Shown one piece after another: positions 8,335-16,985 of a stretch of 45,729 nt of DNA. A program made the position numbers and the translations under genes. Where the stretch lies: NCBI GenBank assembly GCA_032249235.1, contig JAVVGF010000006.1:1-45729 (forward strand), written 5' to 3'. The notes under the pieces are model-generated. The model ran no database searches. It was not told where the DNA came from and saw only the letters and a list, made by a program, of their open reading frames with translations. How positions within the stretch are numbered: the first letter of the stretch is position 1; every line of letters begins with the position of its first letter. The DNA comes from Thermoproteota archaeon. GTDB lineage: Archaea; Thermoproteota; Thermoprotei; Gearchaeales; Gearchaeaceae.

Positions 8335-9039
8335 TTATTTAACTATTTCATCACGAATACCATCATCTGCTATAATAAAAGGAGCAAAGTTCGTATCCAG
8401 ATCATCGACACCGAATAAAGTTGCATATCTTCTATTTTTTAGCCTAACTAATCTTATGGAATATTTTGAATATTTTACTATGATATTGCCTCCTACAGGC
8501 TTTTCAGAAGATCTCTCATTTTCTCCAACAAAACCGCTTACAACTTGATTGGTAATAACGCTAGCAACATCGTATTTCTCGCTTATATCAAGAAGTCTGT
8601 TAAGATGTGTTTCGAGATTTGATTGCCTTAATGCTAGAACATCTTGATTGAATTCACTTCTCAAATGTGTTGTTAAACAATCAATAACGATAAGCTTAAC
8701 ATTGTACTTCTTTATGTAATCTTCGCTTATTTTAAGAAAAACTTCTTGTTCTTCAAAACTCCATATTCTTTTATAAAGTATGTTTTTAAGAACATGTTGA
8801 GGATCCAAACCAAACCTTGTGGATATTTTCGAAATCTTATTTATATTGAAGGATCCTTCTGTATCAAAAAATATCACTTTGTTGTTGAGATTTGTTTCCT
8901 TTAATAATGTAACACTAAGTTGCTGTGCTAGTATGCTCTTACCTACGCCGAATGAACCAAAGAAATGAGTTATGACGCCGAATTCTATACCTCCTTCAAG
9001 TAAGGCATCTAAAGCTTTAACGCCAGTAGAGAATTTCAT
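8335..9039 (-). CDS. RadA/Rad51 paralogue (ATPase core only)
   Basis: 'STGVKALDALLEGGI', Walker A GSFGVGKS, 'FDTEGSF', Walker B 'LIVID', 'ITNQV', 'PVGGN', 'GIRD'; no N-terminal HhH domain. Confidence 0.88.
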   Translation of the reverse strand: MKFSTGVKALDALLEGGIEFGVITHFFGSFGVGKSILAQQLSVTLLKETNLNNKVIFFDTEGSFNINKISKISTRFGLDPQHVLKNILYKRIWSFEEQEVFLKISEDYIKKYNVKLIVIDCLTTHLRSEFNQDVLALRQSNLETHLNRLLDISEKYDVASVITNQVVSGFVGENERSSEKPVGGNIIVKYSKYSIRLVRLKNRRYATLFGVDDLDTNFAPFIIADDGIRDEIVK

Positions 9040-10190
9040 CTTTGCTTATGAGCTTTAGCTAAGAAAAGTCCTTTAGAACTAGCAGTTAATTTCTTAACAC
9101 CACCTATGATTCTTTCTTCTATGAGATCTTCGCTCAGCATTTTATTTAGCAATTCTTCACTATCTTTGAAATATCCTAGCGATAAAGCGAGATTTTTAAA
9201 TTCTTTTCTGCTAATCATATTCTTCTCCATTGATAATATTATGTCTGCAATTAAATCGCTTAAATCGCCATACAAAAGCTCTAAAATGCTTTGACTTCTA
9301 TAATCCTTATGCATAGCATAGCTTTTTTCTATCAAGAAGATTTTTTCAAAATTTTCATTCAACTTAATATAAGGTAAATCCTTGAAACTTGTTGGATACT
9401 TTTTCTCAATCGCTTCAAGTCCGTTCATTTTAAAAACTTTGTCTGAATGTATGAAATAGATATTTTCAAATCTTGAAATTAACCTATTACTCAATTCTTC
9501 ATAGCTTGAAGTAAGAATTAGTGCTACATCATTCAACATTAGTCTATCTTTCAACTCCAACAAAATATCTTCAATATGTTTCGTTGCTGCTAAGCAAGTT
9601 CCCTCAGGTCCTTCGATATAAATGTACAATTCGGTGTAATCATTCCTTTTGAAAATGAATTCGTATAGAATTAAAAGACATAGAGCTTTTCTTGTTTTGG
9701 TTGAAAAAATGTTAGAGAGATCAATGAGCAACTTCTCTTCAGATAAATAATCCTTTATAGTTTTAGCATTATTGTCTAGACAATCATCTAGCTCCTTTAA
9801 TTCATATAGTTCATACATCAAGGATTCTAAATAGATTACATCTATAGGAGAATGAATGAAGGGATTTGATGTAGAAGCGATTTTCTCAATTATTTTATTG
9901 ATTCTTAATTCTTCATCAGCTAGTTTTGAAATCGAACTTTTCAAATGAAGCTTTGAATGTGAATCTAAATTCAATAAAGATGAAATGACTTCACAGAAAA
10001 TGCTCTTGTTTAAACCGATTTTGATCTTATCATTAGGTAAATTGATCTTAGTAATATCAAGAAAATTCGAGATTAAGCCCGTGCAATCTATGATTATGGA
10101 TTTATTTTCTGATTCTTCAAACAATGATAAAATAAAAGCATTTCTGCTAATTATGTCTCCTATGACAAGACTAGAATTTTTTATTACCAT
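9036..10190 (-). CDS. Degenerate HerA/VirB4-like P-loop fold protein with a C-terminal wHTH-like domain
   Basis: Motif order resembles HerA/DUF87 (LVIG.., IIIDCTG, LLIDLS, YIYIEGPE, ALILTS), but Walker A GKS/T and DEAH are absent. Confidence 0.5.
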   Translation of the reverse strand: MVIKNSSLVIGDIISRNAFILSLFEESENKSIIIDCTGLISNFLDITKINLPNDKIKIGLNKSIFCEVISSLLNLDSHSKLHLKSSISKLADEELRINKIIEKIASTSNPFIHSPIDVIYLESLMYELYELKELDDCLDNNAKTIKDYLSEEKLLIDLSNIFSTKTRKALCLLILYEFIFKRNDYTELYIYIEGPEGTCLAATKHIEDILLELKDRLMLNDVALILTSSYEELSNRLISRFENIYFIHSDKVFKMNGLEAIEKKYPTSFKDLPYIKLNENFEKIFLIEKSYAMHKDYRSQSILELLYGDLSDLIADIILSMEKNMISRKEFKNLALSLGYFKDSEELLNKMLSEDLIEERIIGGVKKLTASSKGLFLAKAHKQR

Positions 10191-10717
10191 ACTAGAAATC
10201 TAGGTGTTATGAATTTCAACTCATAACCTTTAACCTTAAAGTAAGAATTTATCCAATCAGCCTTGCTAAGCAATCTATTTAACATTGTATTGAGAACTTG
10301 GTTAGTTAACTTAAAAGATAGAAATTCCTCTAGTACTACTATAAAAAGAGATTTACCGTTATGAATGAAATAAATTCCTGAAATGTTATTATCCGATATA
10401 TCCACTTTTTCATTTAAATTCTCTAAATATAAGTTGCAAAATAACATATATTTATTGTTTATCTTTATTAAATAGATGAATTTTTCTACTTCAAATATAT
10501 CAATTTTTTCTCTTAAATTTAATTTATTTATATTTTTTCCTATAAAGCTTTGTATATATATTCTAATATTATCAATTTTTTTCTCTACTGATTTTTTATT
10601 TCCCCTAAATTTTTTATAAAGTATATAAACAATGTAAGACACTATTGCAAGAATTCCTATTGGTGGAAAGATCAACAATATTATAATCAAAATTATTATT
10701 ATCCAAATTCGCTTCAT
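10184..10717 (-). CDS. Membrane-anchored hypothetical protein
   Basis: ATG 10717 (MKRIWIIIILIIILLIFPPIGILAIVSYIVYILYKKFRG); overlaps the next gene's start; the longer TTG extension covers promoter DNA. Confidence 0.65.
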   Translation of the reverse strand: MKRIWIIIILIIILLIFPPIGILAIVSYIVYILYKKFRGNKKSVEKKIDNIRIYIQSFIGKNINKLNLREKIDIFEVEKFIYLIKINNKYMLFCNLYLENLNEKVDISDNNISGIYFIHNGKSLFIVVLEEFLSFKLTNQVLNTMLNRLLSKADWINSYFKVKGYELKFITPRFLVW

Positions 10718-10768
10718 AATAAAAAAGTAAAAAGACTTGATTAAAAATAAAGACCTTTTTAAAATGAG

Positions 10769-10855
10769 ACTTCGAAAAAGTAGAAAGTTCAACTTTGAAG
10801 TATTTCTCGAATAAATTAATCTACTACTCAGGAGAATCTTCTACTTAAAGGGAGA
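10769..10855. promoter_or_regulatory. Four 16-bp pseudo-palindromes (consensus TCTAC-N6-GKAGA) in a divergent promoter
   Basis: TCTACTACTCAGGAGA 10820-10835 and TCTACTTAAAGGGAGA 10840-10855 (20-bp period); weaker pair ACTTCGAAAAAGTAGA 10769-10784 and TCAACTTTGAAGTATT 10789-10804 (also 20-bp period). Confidence 0.55.
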
Positions 10856-10892
10856 TAAAGTTAAATTATGTCATGAGAAATAATATTGGAAA

Positions 10893-11429
10893 TTGATAAG
10901 GGATACAAGAAAGATTTTGGAAATAATATCAGAAGAGACAAGGTATGAAATAATCAAATTACTTGCTTCTTCTTCGAGATATCTTACAGTAAACGAGATA
11001 GCAGAAAAATTGTCTAAAGATAAAAAAACTATTGATAAGCATCTAAGGATATTACTTGAATATAATCTTGTTGAAAGGAAATATTTGGAAGATGAAAGAG
11101 CTTTTGGCTATTTCTTGACGAGATATTGCTCAAATCTAATGATGGCTATAGAAAAAGTTTCAAGCATGCAAAAAGGTCTAGAACTAGAGAATATACCAAT
11201 GCGAGAACAGGAAGAAATAAAAATTGTGAAAAAAAGGAGAGGATTGAGGTTGTTACCTTCTTTTTTCTTCATCTTTTTAGCAATAATTATAGGTTATGGC
11301 GATAAGCTTGGATTGTATTCAAGCGTCGTTGAAAGAAGTGTAGTGATTGCTAAGACTGTTGGATTTATAATATTTATATTTCTCGCAATAATTTATGTAT
11401 ACTATCTATACAGAAAGAAGATGATATGA
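10893..11429 (+). CDS. Membrane-tethered ArsR-type wHTH regulator
   Basis: 'SEETRYEIIKLL...LTVNEIAEKLSKDKKTIDKHLRILLEYNLVE' followed by two C-terminal TM helices. Confidence 0.85.
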   Translation: MIRDTRKILEIISEETRYEIIKLLASSSRYLTVNEIAEKLSKDKKTIDKHLRILLEYNLVERKYLEDERAFGYFLTRYCSNLMMAIEKVSSMQKGLELENIPMREQEEIKIVKKRRGLRLLPSFFFIFLAIIIGYGDKLGLYSSVVERSVVIAKTVGFIIFIFLAIIYVYYLYRKKMI

Positions 11430-11918
11430 ATGGATAAAGCTCAAATTAAACAAGTTGCAATAATAATCCTAATAATTGTTAGCATATATGCCTTTTTCAC
11501 ATTCGGCTTGAAGATAATACTTAATACAGATGTACCTATTGCTGTCGTAGAAAGCGGAAGCATGGAACCTACTTTAAATGTAGGTGATATAATCATTGCC
11601 AAAGGAGTCAATCCTGACGAACTTAAAATAGGGGACATCATAATCTTTCAGCTAAAAAATAGCAATGTGCTAATAGTTCACAGAATAGTTAATATTATTC
11701 ATAAAGGAGATTCTGTGATTATCTATACCAAAGGTGATAACAACCCAGTGCAAGATCCTTGGATTGTTACCGGTGATGAAGTAAAGGGAATCGTCATATT
11801 CAGAATTCCATTCCTAGGTTATATTTCGTTAATCTTTCAAAAAACTCCTCAATTATACTTAGCTTTTATTATTTTGATTTTAATAATACTTTTCATACCA
11901 CAAACAAGGAAAAAATAG
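11430..11918 (+). CDS. sec11: Signal peptidase I (S26B/Sec11 type)
   Basis: 'VVESGSMEPTLNVGD', 'IVHRIV', 'TKGDNN'. Confidence 0.93.
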   Translation: MDKAQIKQVAIIILIIVSIYAFFTFGLKIILNTDVPIAVVESGSMEPTLNVGDIIIAKGVNPDELKIGDIIIFQLKNSNVLIVHRIVNIIHKGDSVIIYTKGDNNPVQDPWIVTGDEVKGIVIFRIPFLGYISLIFQKTPQLYLAFIILILIILFIPQTRKK

Positions 11919-11960
11919 TGTATTTTATATATGAGTGTGTGAATTTATAAATTGAATTTT

Positions 11961-12533
11961 ATGGTCGCTCTTAAAGGTAAATATAGGTATGAGATACAGA
12001 ATGTAGTGGCTTCTATATCATTTGGACATAGTATTAATCTTCAACAGGTAGCTACAGCTATGGAAGACATGGTTGAATATAGACCTGAGCAATTTCCAGG
12101 TTTAGTGTTTAGGTTGAATAAACCGAAAACAGCTACTCTAATATTTAGTTCTGGAAAAATGGTATGCACAGGAGCAAGGTCTGAAAAAGAAGTATACAAA
12201 GCCGTTGATACCATAATCAGTAAATTAAAAGCAAGAGGCATACATCTCGCTCCTAATCCGAGGATTCAAATACAGAATATTGTTGCATCTGCTCAGCTAA
12301 ATGCTGAAGTAAATTTAGAAAAGGCAGCTATGCTCTTTGAAAATACGATGTATGAACCTGAACAATTCCCAGGTTTGATTTTTAGATTACAAAATCCTAG
12401 AGTTGTAATGCTCATTTTCAGTTCAGGAAACATGGTTTGTACAGGTGCTAAAAAAGAAGAAGACGTTAAGAATGCTGTAGAAACTGTTTATAAGTTACTT
12501 AAAGAACAAGGAGTTCTATTTGAGCGCGCTTAG
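11961..12533 (+). CDS. tbp: TATA-box binding protein
   Basis: Two direct repeats 'IQNxVAS...YxPEQFPGLxFRL..P....LIFSSGxMVCTGA'. Confidence 0.98.
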   Translation: MVALKGKYRYEIQNVVASISFGHSINLQQVATAMEDMVEYRPEQFPGLVFRLNKPKTATLIFSSGKMVCTGARSEKEVYKAVDTIISKLKARGIHLAPNPRIQIQNIVASAQLNAEVNLEKAAMLFENTMYEPEQFPGLIFRLQNPRVVMLIFSSGNMVCTGAKKEEDVKNAVETVYKLLKEQGVLFERA

Positions 12534-13562
12534 CTTATAAGAACTTAGCGGCCAAGGAGCTAACAAAATCCAGATCAACAAAAATAAAGCTGTAATTATT
12601 TTTCTTTTTTTATCGACATTCGAAACCATATTTAAAGGTTCTATTCTATAGAACAACAAGAAAATAGCAAGAAAAGCCATAGCTAAAAAATCGGTGTAAA
12701 TTAAAACTATAATCGAGATGAAAGCTGCAAGTAATTTAAGAGAATTTCTATTACCGAGGAATGAATTGATTACATGCCCTCCATCCAATTGAGCAACAGG
12801 AGTCATGTTCAAAAAAGTAATTATCAAACCTAAGAAAGCTGCAAAAGCAAAAGGATGCAAGAGGACCGTTGCATTCTGAGGAAAATATTGTGAGAAAATT
12901 AGTTGAAGTATGAAAGGAACATATTGCAATGCATCCTGATTTATTTCGTTAGTAAACGTAGAGAAATTTATTCCTAAAATCAAATATATAACGCAAGGTA
13001 TAAGACCTAAGAGAGGGCCGCTTATTCCTACATCAAAAGATTGAAATCTATCAACAAAAGGTTCTCTTAATCTAATAACTGCACCGAAAGTACCGAAAGG
13101 AAAGCCTGGTATAAAAAAAGGTAAAGAAACCTTTAAACCATAAGATCTAGCCATTAGATAATGACCTAATTCATGAATGCCTAGAATTGATAAGAGAGCG
13201 AAAGTATAAATTAAAGCAAAAGAAATGTTCGCTTTGAAGAAAATAAAATATCCTGCAAGAAAAACTGTTATAGAATTAACAATAAAAAGTAACAAAGGAA
13301 TTAAGTTGGAAGAAGAATAGTCAATTTTCATACGAAAAATTTCATAATAATAATCTGAAGAAAATGTATATGGCTTTGCTATGACGAAGAAGCCTTTTTC
13401 TTCTAATTCCTTTTTTAATTTCCTGAATTTCATATAGTCAATTGCTGAGCTAGAGGTATGGATTATAAACCTTTTATCTTCAATCCTAAATAAGATAACT
13501 GGTTCGTATTTATTGACTATTTCTAGAACAATTTTTGAATCTGTTTCACTTATCATATACAT
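12516..13562 (-). CDS. Site-2 protease (M50 family intramembrane metalloprotease)
   Basis: HELGH, 'GTFGAVI', 'GISGPLLG', 'LNMTPVAQLDGGH'. Confidence 0.93.
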   Translation of the reverse strand: MYMISETDSKIVLEIVNKYEPVILFRIEDKRFIIHTSSSAIDYMKFRKLKKELEEKGFFVIAKPYTFSSDYYYEIFRMKIDYSSSNLIPLLLFIVNSITVFLAGYFIFFKANISFALIYTFALLSILGIHELGHYLMARSYGLKVSLPFFIPGFPFGTFGAVIRLREPFVDRFQSFDVGISGPLLGLIPCVIYLILGINFSTFTNEINQDALQYVPFILQLIFSQYFPQNATVLLHPFAFAAFLGLIITFLNMTPVAQLDGGHVINSFLGNRNSLKLLAAFISIIVLIYTDFLAMAFLAIFLLFYRIEPLNMVSNVDKKRKIITALFLLIWILLAPWPLSSYKLSALK

Positions 13563-13595
13563 ATATTAGTAAAATTATGCAGTATTTTAATTAGA

Positions 13596-14087
13596 ATGGA
13601 AAACGAAACTATCTATGTTAGGGAAGCAAAAGAAGAAGACATACCTACAGTTGTTGAGATAAATAGAGTTGCTTTACCTGAAAATTATTCAATTGATTAT
13701 TTTTATTATCATTTACACGAATTCCCTGAGCTTTTCCTTGTAGGAGTAGTAAAAAGAAATGATTTAGAATACATAGCTGGATATAGCATGAGCAGAATTG
13801 AATTCGGTTTTTCAAATTTTGGATTATCGCTTGTTAAAAAAGGACATTTAATTTCAATCGCGGTATTAGAACAATTCAGAAGAAGAGGAATAGCAAGTGC
13901 ATTAATAAAAACCACAATAGATCGATTGATTAAAAGAAAAGTGAATGAGTTTTATCTAGAAGTTAGGGTTTCTAACTATCCTGCTATTAATCTTTATAAA
14001 AAGTTCAATTTTGTAATAACAAGCAAGATACCATCATACTATAGCGATGGCGAAGACGCATATGTTATGACAGTTAAGTTAAGATAG
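13596..14087 (+). CDS. ard1: Ard1/RimI-type protein N-acetyltransferase
   Basis: 'INRVALPENY', 'KGHLISIAVLEQFRRRGIA', 'YLEVRVSNYPAINLY', 'YYSDGEDAYVM'. Confidence 0.92.
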   Translation: MENETIYVREAKEEDIPTVVEINRVALPENYSIDYFYYHLHEFPELFLVGVVKRNDLEYIAGYSMSRIEFGFSNFGLSLVKKGHLISIAVLEQFRRRGIASALIKTTIDRLIKRKVNEFYLEVRVSNYPAINLYKKFNFVITSKIPSYYSDGEDAYVMTVKLR

Positions 14088-14406
14088 CTTTAAGCAACTC
14101 GGTTACTAAAGCTAAAAACAATGAGCCAATTACCATCCTTTTACCTCTATTTGGTTGGATATGTGAAAGCCATAGAATAGCGCCTAAAATTCCAACAGTA
14201 ATATAAACTATTCTTGAAGCAAAAAGTAAAAATTCTATGATTTTGATTAGCAAATAAGAACCGAAATTTTCTATTGAAGAAATTCCTTTATCAAAAATGT
14301 TTCTTAACCAAGTGAAAGGATCATTAGTACTATTTGTTTCTGTAACAAAAAGTAAGTTCGCTAGAAGTAAAAATAATGGAAGCAATGAAAATAGTCTTGA
14401 TTCCAC
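14074..14406 (-). CDS. Small membrane protein, TrbC/VirB2 pilin-like architecture
   Basis: Hydrophobic leader, amphipathic helix, then two hydrophobic helices joined by a basic loop ('GILGAILWLSHIQPNRGKRMVIGSLFLALV'). Confidence 0.5.
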   Translation of the reverse strand: MESRLFSLLPLFLLLANLLFVTETNSTNDPFTWLRNIFDKGISSIENFGSYLLIKIIEFLLFASRIVYITVGILGAILWLSHIQPNRGKRMVIGSLFLALVTELLKAILT

Positions 14407-14485
14407 ATTAGTAAATTTAAAAGACTTATTTAAGCAAGCAAATATCCAAGCAAACAGCTACCTTCGCTCTTTGAATATTGGATAG

Positions 14486-14671
14486 TTACTTTCTGAAATA
14501 GTTTATTAAAGATAATAAAAAAGGAATAATAGTAATGATGATTAAGAAGTAAAACAAATCTTGGGAAATATTATATGATATAGTTTTAAGTATAATATTT
14601 AAAATTATAAAAATAATCAGAACAATACTCGCTATATATACTGTATACTTCCTTACATCTTCTTCTGCCAT
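14486..14671 (-). CDS. Small 2-TM membrane protein
   Basis: 61 aa, ATG start, two hydrophobic segments. Confidence 0.55.
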   Translation of the reverse strand: MAEEDVRKYTVYIASIVLIIFIILNIILKTISYNISQDLFYFLIIITIIPFLLSLINYFRK

Positions 14672-14728
14672 ATTATTCTATAACTGGAAAACTTTAAATA
14701 ACTAATCATGACAAATAAGTAAGTAGAT

Positions 14729-16372
14729 ATGGCGCAGGCTTCTTCACAGGCTGTTCCTTTTCTGATATTAAAGGAAGGGACTAAGAGAACACTTGGTAAG
14801 GAAGCTTATGATGTCAATATAGCAGCTGCTAAAGTATTATCTGAAGTACTAAAGACTTCATTAGGACCTAGGGGTTTAGATAAAATGCTAGTAGATAGCT
14901 TAGGAGACGTAACAATTACAGGTGATGGGGCAACAATCCTTAAAGAAATGGAAATTAACCATCCTGCAGCAAAAATGCTAGTAGAGGTAGCTAAAGCACA
15001 GGATTCTGAAGTTGGAGACGGGACAACAACAGTTGTAGTTTTAGCAGGTGAATTACTTAAAAAGGCAGAAGAATTACTACTCCAAAATATTCATCCAACG
15101 ATTATCATAGATGGATATAGGAAAGCATTAGAATATGTAATGAACGAAATTGATAGACTTTCAATAAAATTGGATAAAGACGATGTAGAAACGCTTAAGA
15201 AAGTAGTGATGACTTCAATGTATAGCAAGGCTATTAGTGAATATAAAGAAAAACTCGCAGACTTAGCAATTCAAGCATGTTTGCAAGTAGCTGAAGAAAT
15301 TAATGGCGAGCTGAAAATAAATCCTGATTATATTAAATTAGAAAAGAGGAAGGGCAAATCTTTAGATGAAACAGAATTGATAAGAGGCTTAGTGATTGAT
15401 AAAGAAGTAGTTCACCCTGGAATGCCTAAGCTAGTAAAAGGAGCAAAGATAGCTGTAATAAATGCACCTTTGGAAATAGAAAAACCAGAGATTTCTTCAA
15501 AGATTAGTATTACCTCTCCTGAACAAATGAAAAGCTTCTTAGATGAAGAAACGAAGATTTTGGCTAAGATGGTTGATAAATTAGCATCTGTAGGAGCTAA
15601 CGTTGTAATTTGCCAAAAAGGAATTGACGATACTGCACAATTCTTGTTAAAGAAGAAGAACATACTTGCTGTTAGGAGAGTAAAAGAAAGTGATATGGAG
15701 AAGATTGCTAGAGCCACTGGTGCAAGAATAATAACCGATATTGAAGACATTAAGCCTGAAGATCTAGGTTATGCAGATTTGGTTGAAGAAAGAAAAATAG
15801 GTGAAGAAAAAATGTTATTCATTGAAGGATGCAAGAATCCTAAAGCTGTAACTATATTGATCAGAGGAGGTTCAGAATTGATTGTAGATGAAGCAGAAAG
15901 GGCACTTAGAGATGCGATATACGTATGCAAGAATGCATTAGAGAAGAAAAAGTTATTACCAGGAGGTGGAGCAATAGAAGCTTCCTTAGCTCTTAAAGTA
16001 AGAGACTTCTCAAAGAGCTTACCAAGCAAAGAACAATTGGCTGCAATGAAATTTGCTGAAGCTCTTGAAGTGATTCCTTCAATCTTAGCAGAAACAGCTG
16101 GAATGGATCCGATTGATTCCATAGTAAAATTAAGGGCTTTGCATTCAGAAGGCAAATATACTTATGGAGTTAATGTACTCGAAGGTATAATAGATGATAT
16201 GGCCAAAACAGGCGTTCTAGACCCTGCCAACGTTAAATTGCAAGCCATTAGAGCAGCAACCGAAGCAGCTATAATGATTTTAAGAATTGACGATATAATT
16301 TCAGCGGCACCTTCAAAACCTGAGAAAGAGAAACGTGAAGGAAAAGAGGAAGGCACGGGCACAGAGTATTAA
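14729..16372 (+). CDS. ths: Thermosome (group II chaperonin) subunit
   Basis: '[13 protein letters not shown]', 'GDGTTT', 'CQKGIDD', 'ILRIDDII'. Confidence 0.98.
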   Translation: MAQASSQAVPFLILKEGTKRTLGKEAYDVNIAAAKVLSEVLKTSLGPRGLDKMLVDSLGDVTITGDGATILKEMEINHPAAKMLVEVAKAQDSEVGDGTTTVVVLAGELLKKAEELLLQNIHPTIIIDGYRKALEYVMNEIDRLSIKLDKDDVETLKKVVMTSMYSKAISEYKEKLADLAIQACLQVAEEINGELKINPDYIKLEKRKGKSLDETELIRGLVIDKEVVHPGMPKLVKGAKIAVINAPLEIEKPEISSKISITSPEQMKSFLDEETKILAKMVDKLASVGANVVICQKGIDDTAQFLLKKKNILAVRRVKESDMEKIARATGARIITDIEDIKPEDLGYADLVEERKIGEEKMLFIEGCKNPKAVTILIRGGSELIVDEAERALRDAIYVCKNALEKKKLLPGGGAIEASLALKVRDFSKSLPSKEQLAAMKFAEALEVIPSILAETAGMDPIDSIVKLRALHSEGKYTYGVNVLEGIIDDMAKTGVLDPANVKLQAIRAATEAAIMILRIDDIISAAPSKPEKEKREGKEEGTGTEY

Positions 16373-16406
16373 AGAAAAATCAGAAATACTTGACTTAAAT
16401 CCCTCT

Positions 16407-16625
16407 ATGCCTTTATCTTCAAAAGAAATTAGATATGAAAGAGCTAGAATAATAGGAATTAGAGCGATGCAATTATTGCAAGGTGCAGAACCTCTCATTG
16501 AGGTTCCCAGTGATGTTACTGATCCAATAAAAATAGCTACATTAGAATTTGAAGCAGGTAAATTACCTTTTGTTATAAAAAGAGGATTCGATACAAAGAC
16601 TGAAAAACTTTCTGAATTATCCTAA
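16407..16625 (+). CDS. rpoK: DNA-directed RNA polymerase subunit K (Rpo6)
   Basis: 'RYERARIIGIRAMQLLQGA...DPIKIATLEFEAGKLPFVIKR'; ATG 16407 avoids overlap with ths. Confidence 0.93.
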   Translation: MPLSSKEIRYERARIIGIRAMQLLQGAEPLIEVPSDVTDPIKIATLEFEAGKLPFVIKRGFDTKTEKLSELS

Positions 16626-16945
16626 CTTTTTTTAAACACTATTTCTTTATTATCCGAAAACTTTATTGTAACCTCATCACCTATATCTGGTTTGTTTTCT
16701 AATTTTTCCCATTCGTCTTCTCTTAGTATTAAAATTAATCTAGGCATTAAAGAAGCTTGAGGATATATACTTCTCATCACCTGTTGCAACATAGGCATTA
16801 ATCCTTGAAAAATAGGATCGCCTGTAGGATTAATAACAGCTGGAGGAGAACCCTTTTCTTGAGAAAATTCTAATCTCACATACCATTCATTATTGTCTTT
16901 GAACATTGTTTTAGATATCAGTAATGCTGTGAAAACAACTTCCAT
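16622..16945 (-). CDS. Arcadin-1 family protein
   Basis: 'LISKTMFKD...YVRLEFSQEK...LMPMLQQVMRSI...PRLILILREDEWE...DIGDEVTIKF' aligns by eye with Pyrobaculum arcadin-1 as I recall it (SK..YD...YVKID..EEK...MP.V.Q..RS...PRITLWLTEEE...DVGD.IEI). Confidence 0.72.
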   Translation of the reverse strand: MEVVFTALLISKTMFKDNNEWYVRLEFSQEKGSPPAVINPTGDPIFQGLMPMLQQVMRSIYPQASLMPRLILILREDEWEKLENKPDIGDEVTIKFSDNKEIVFKKS

Positions 16946-16985
16946 TGTCGATAGGTTTAATTATTTTTCAACGTTCTTAAATCTT

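Noticed and set aside
10718-10792. N-terminal extension of ORF 10184-10792
   Set aside because: TTG start inside promoter/operator DNA; ATG 10717 gives a clean membrane anchor
15412-16498. Several minus-strand ORFs of 61-128 aa
   Set aside because: Antisense shadows of ths and rpoK
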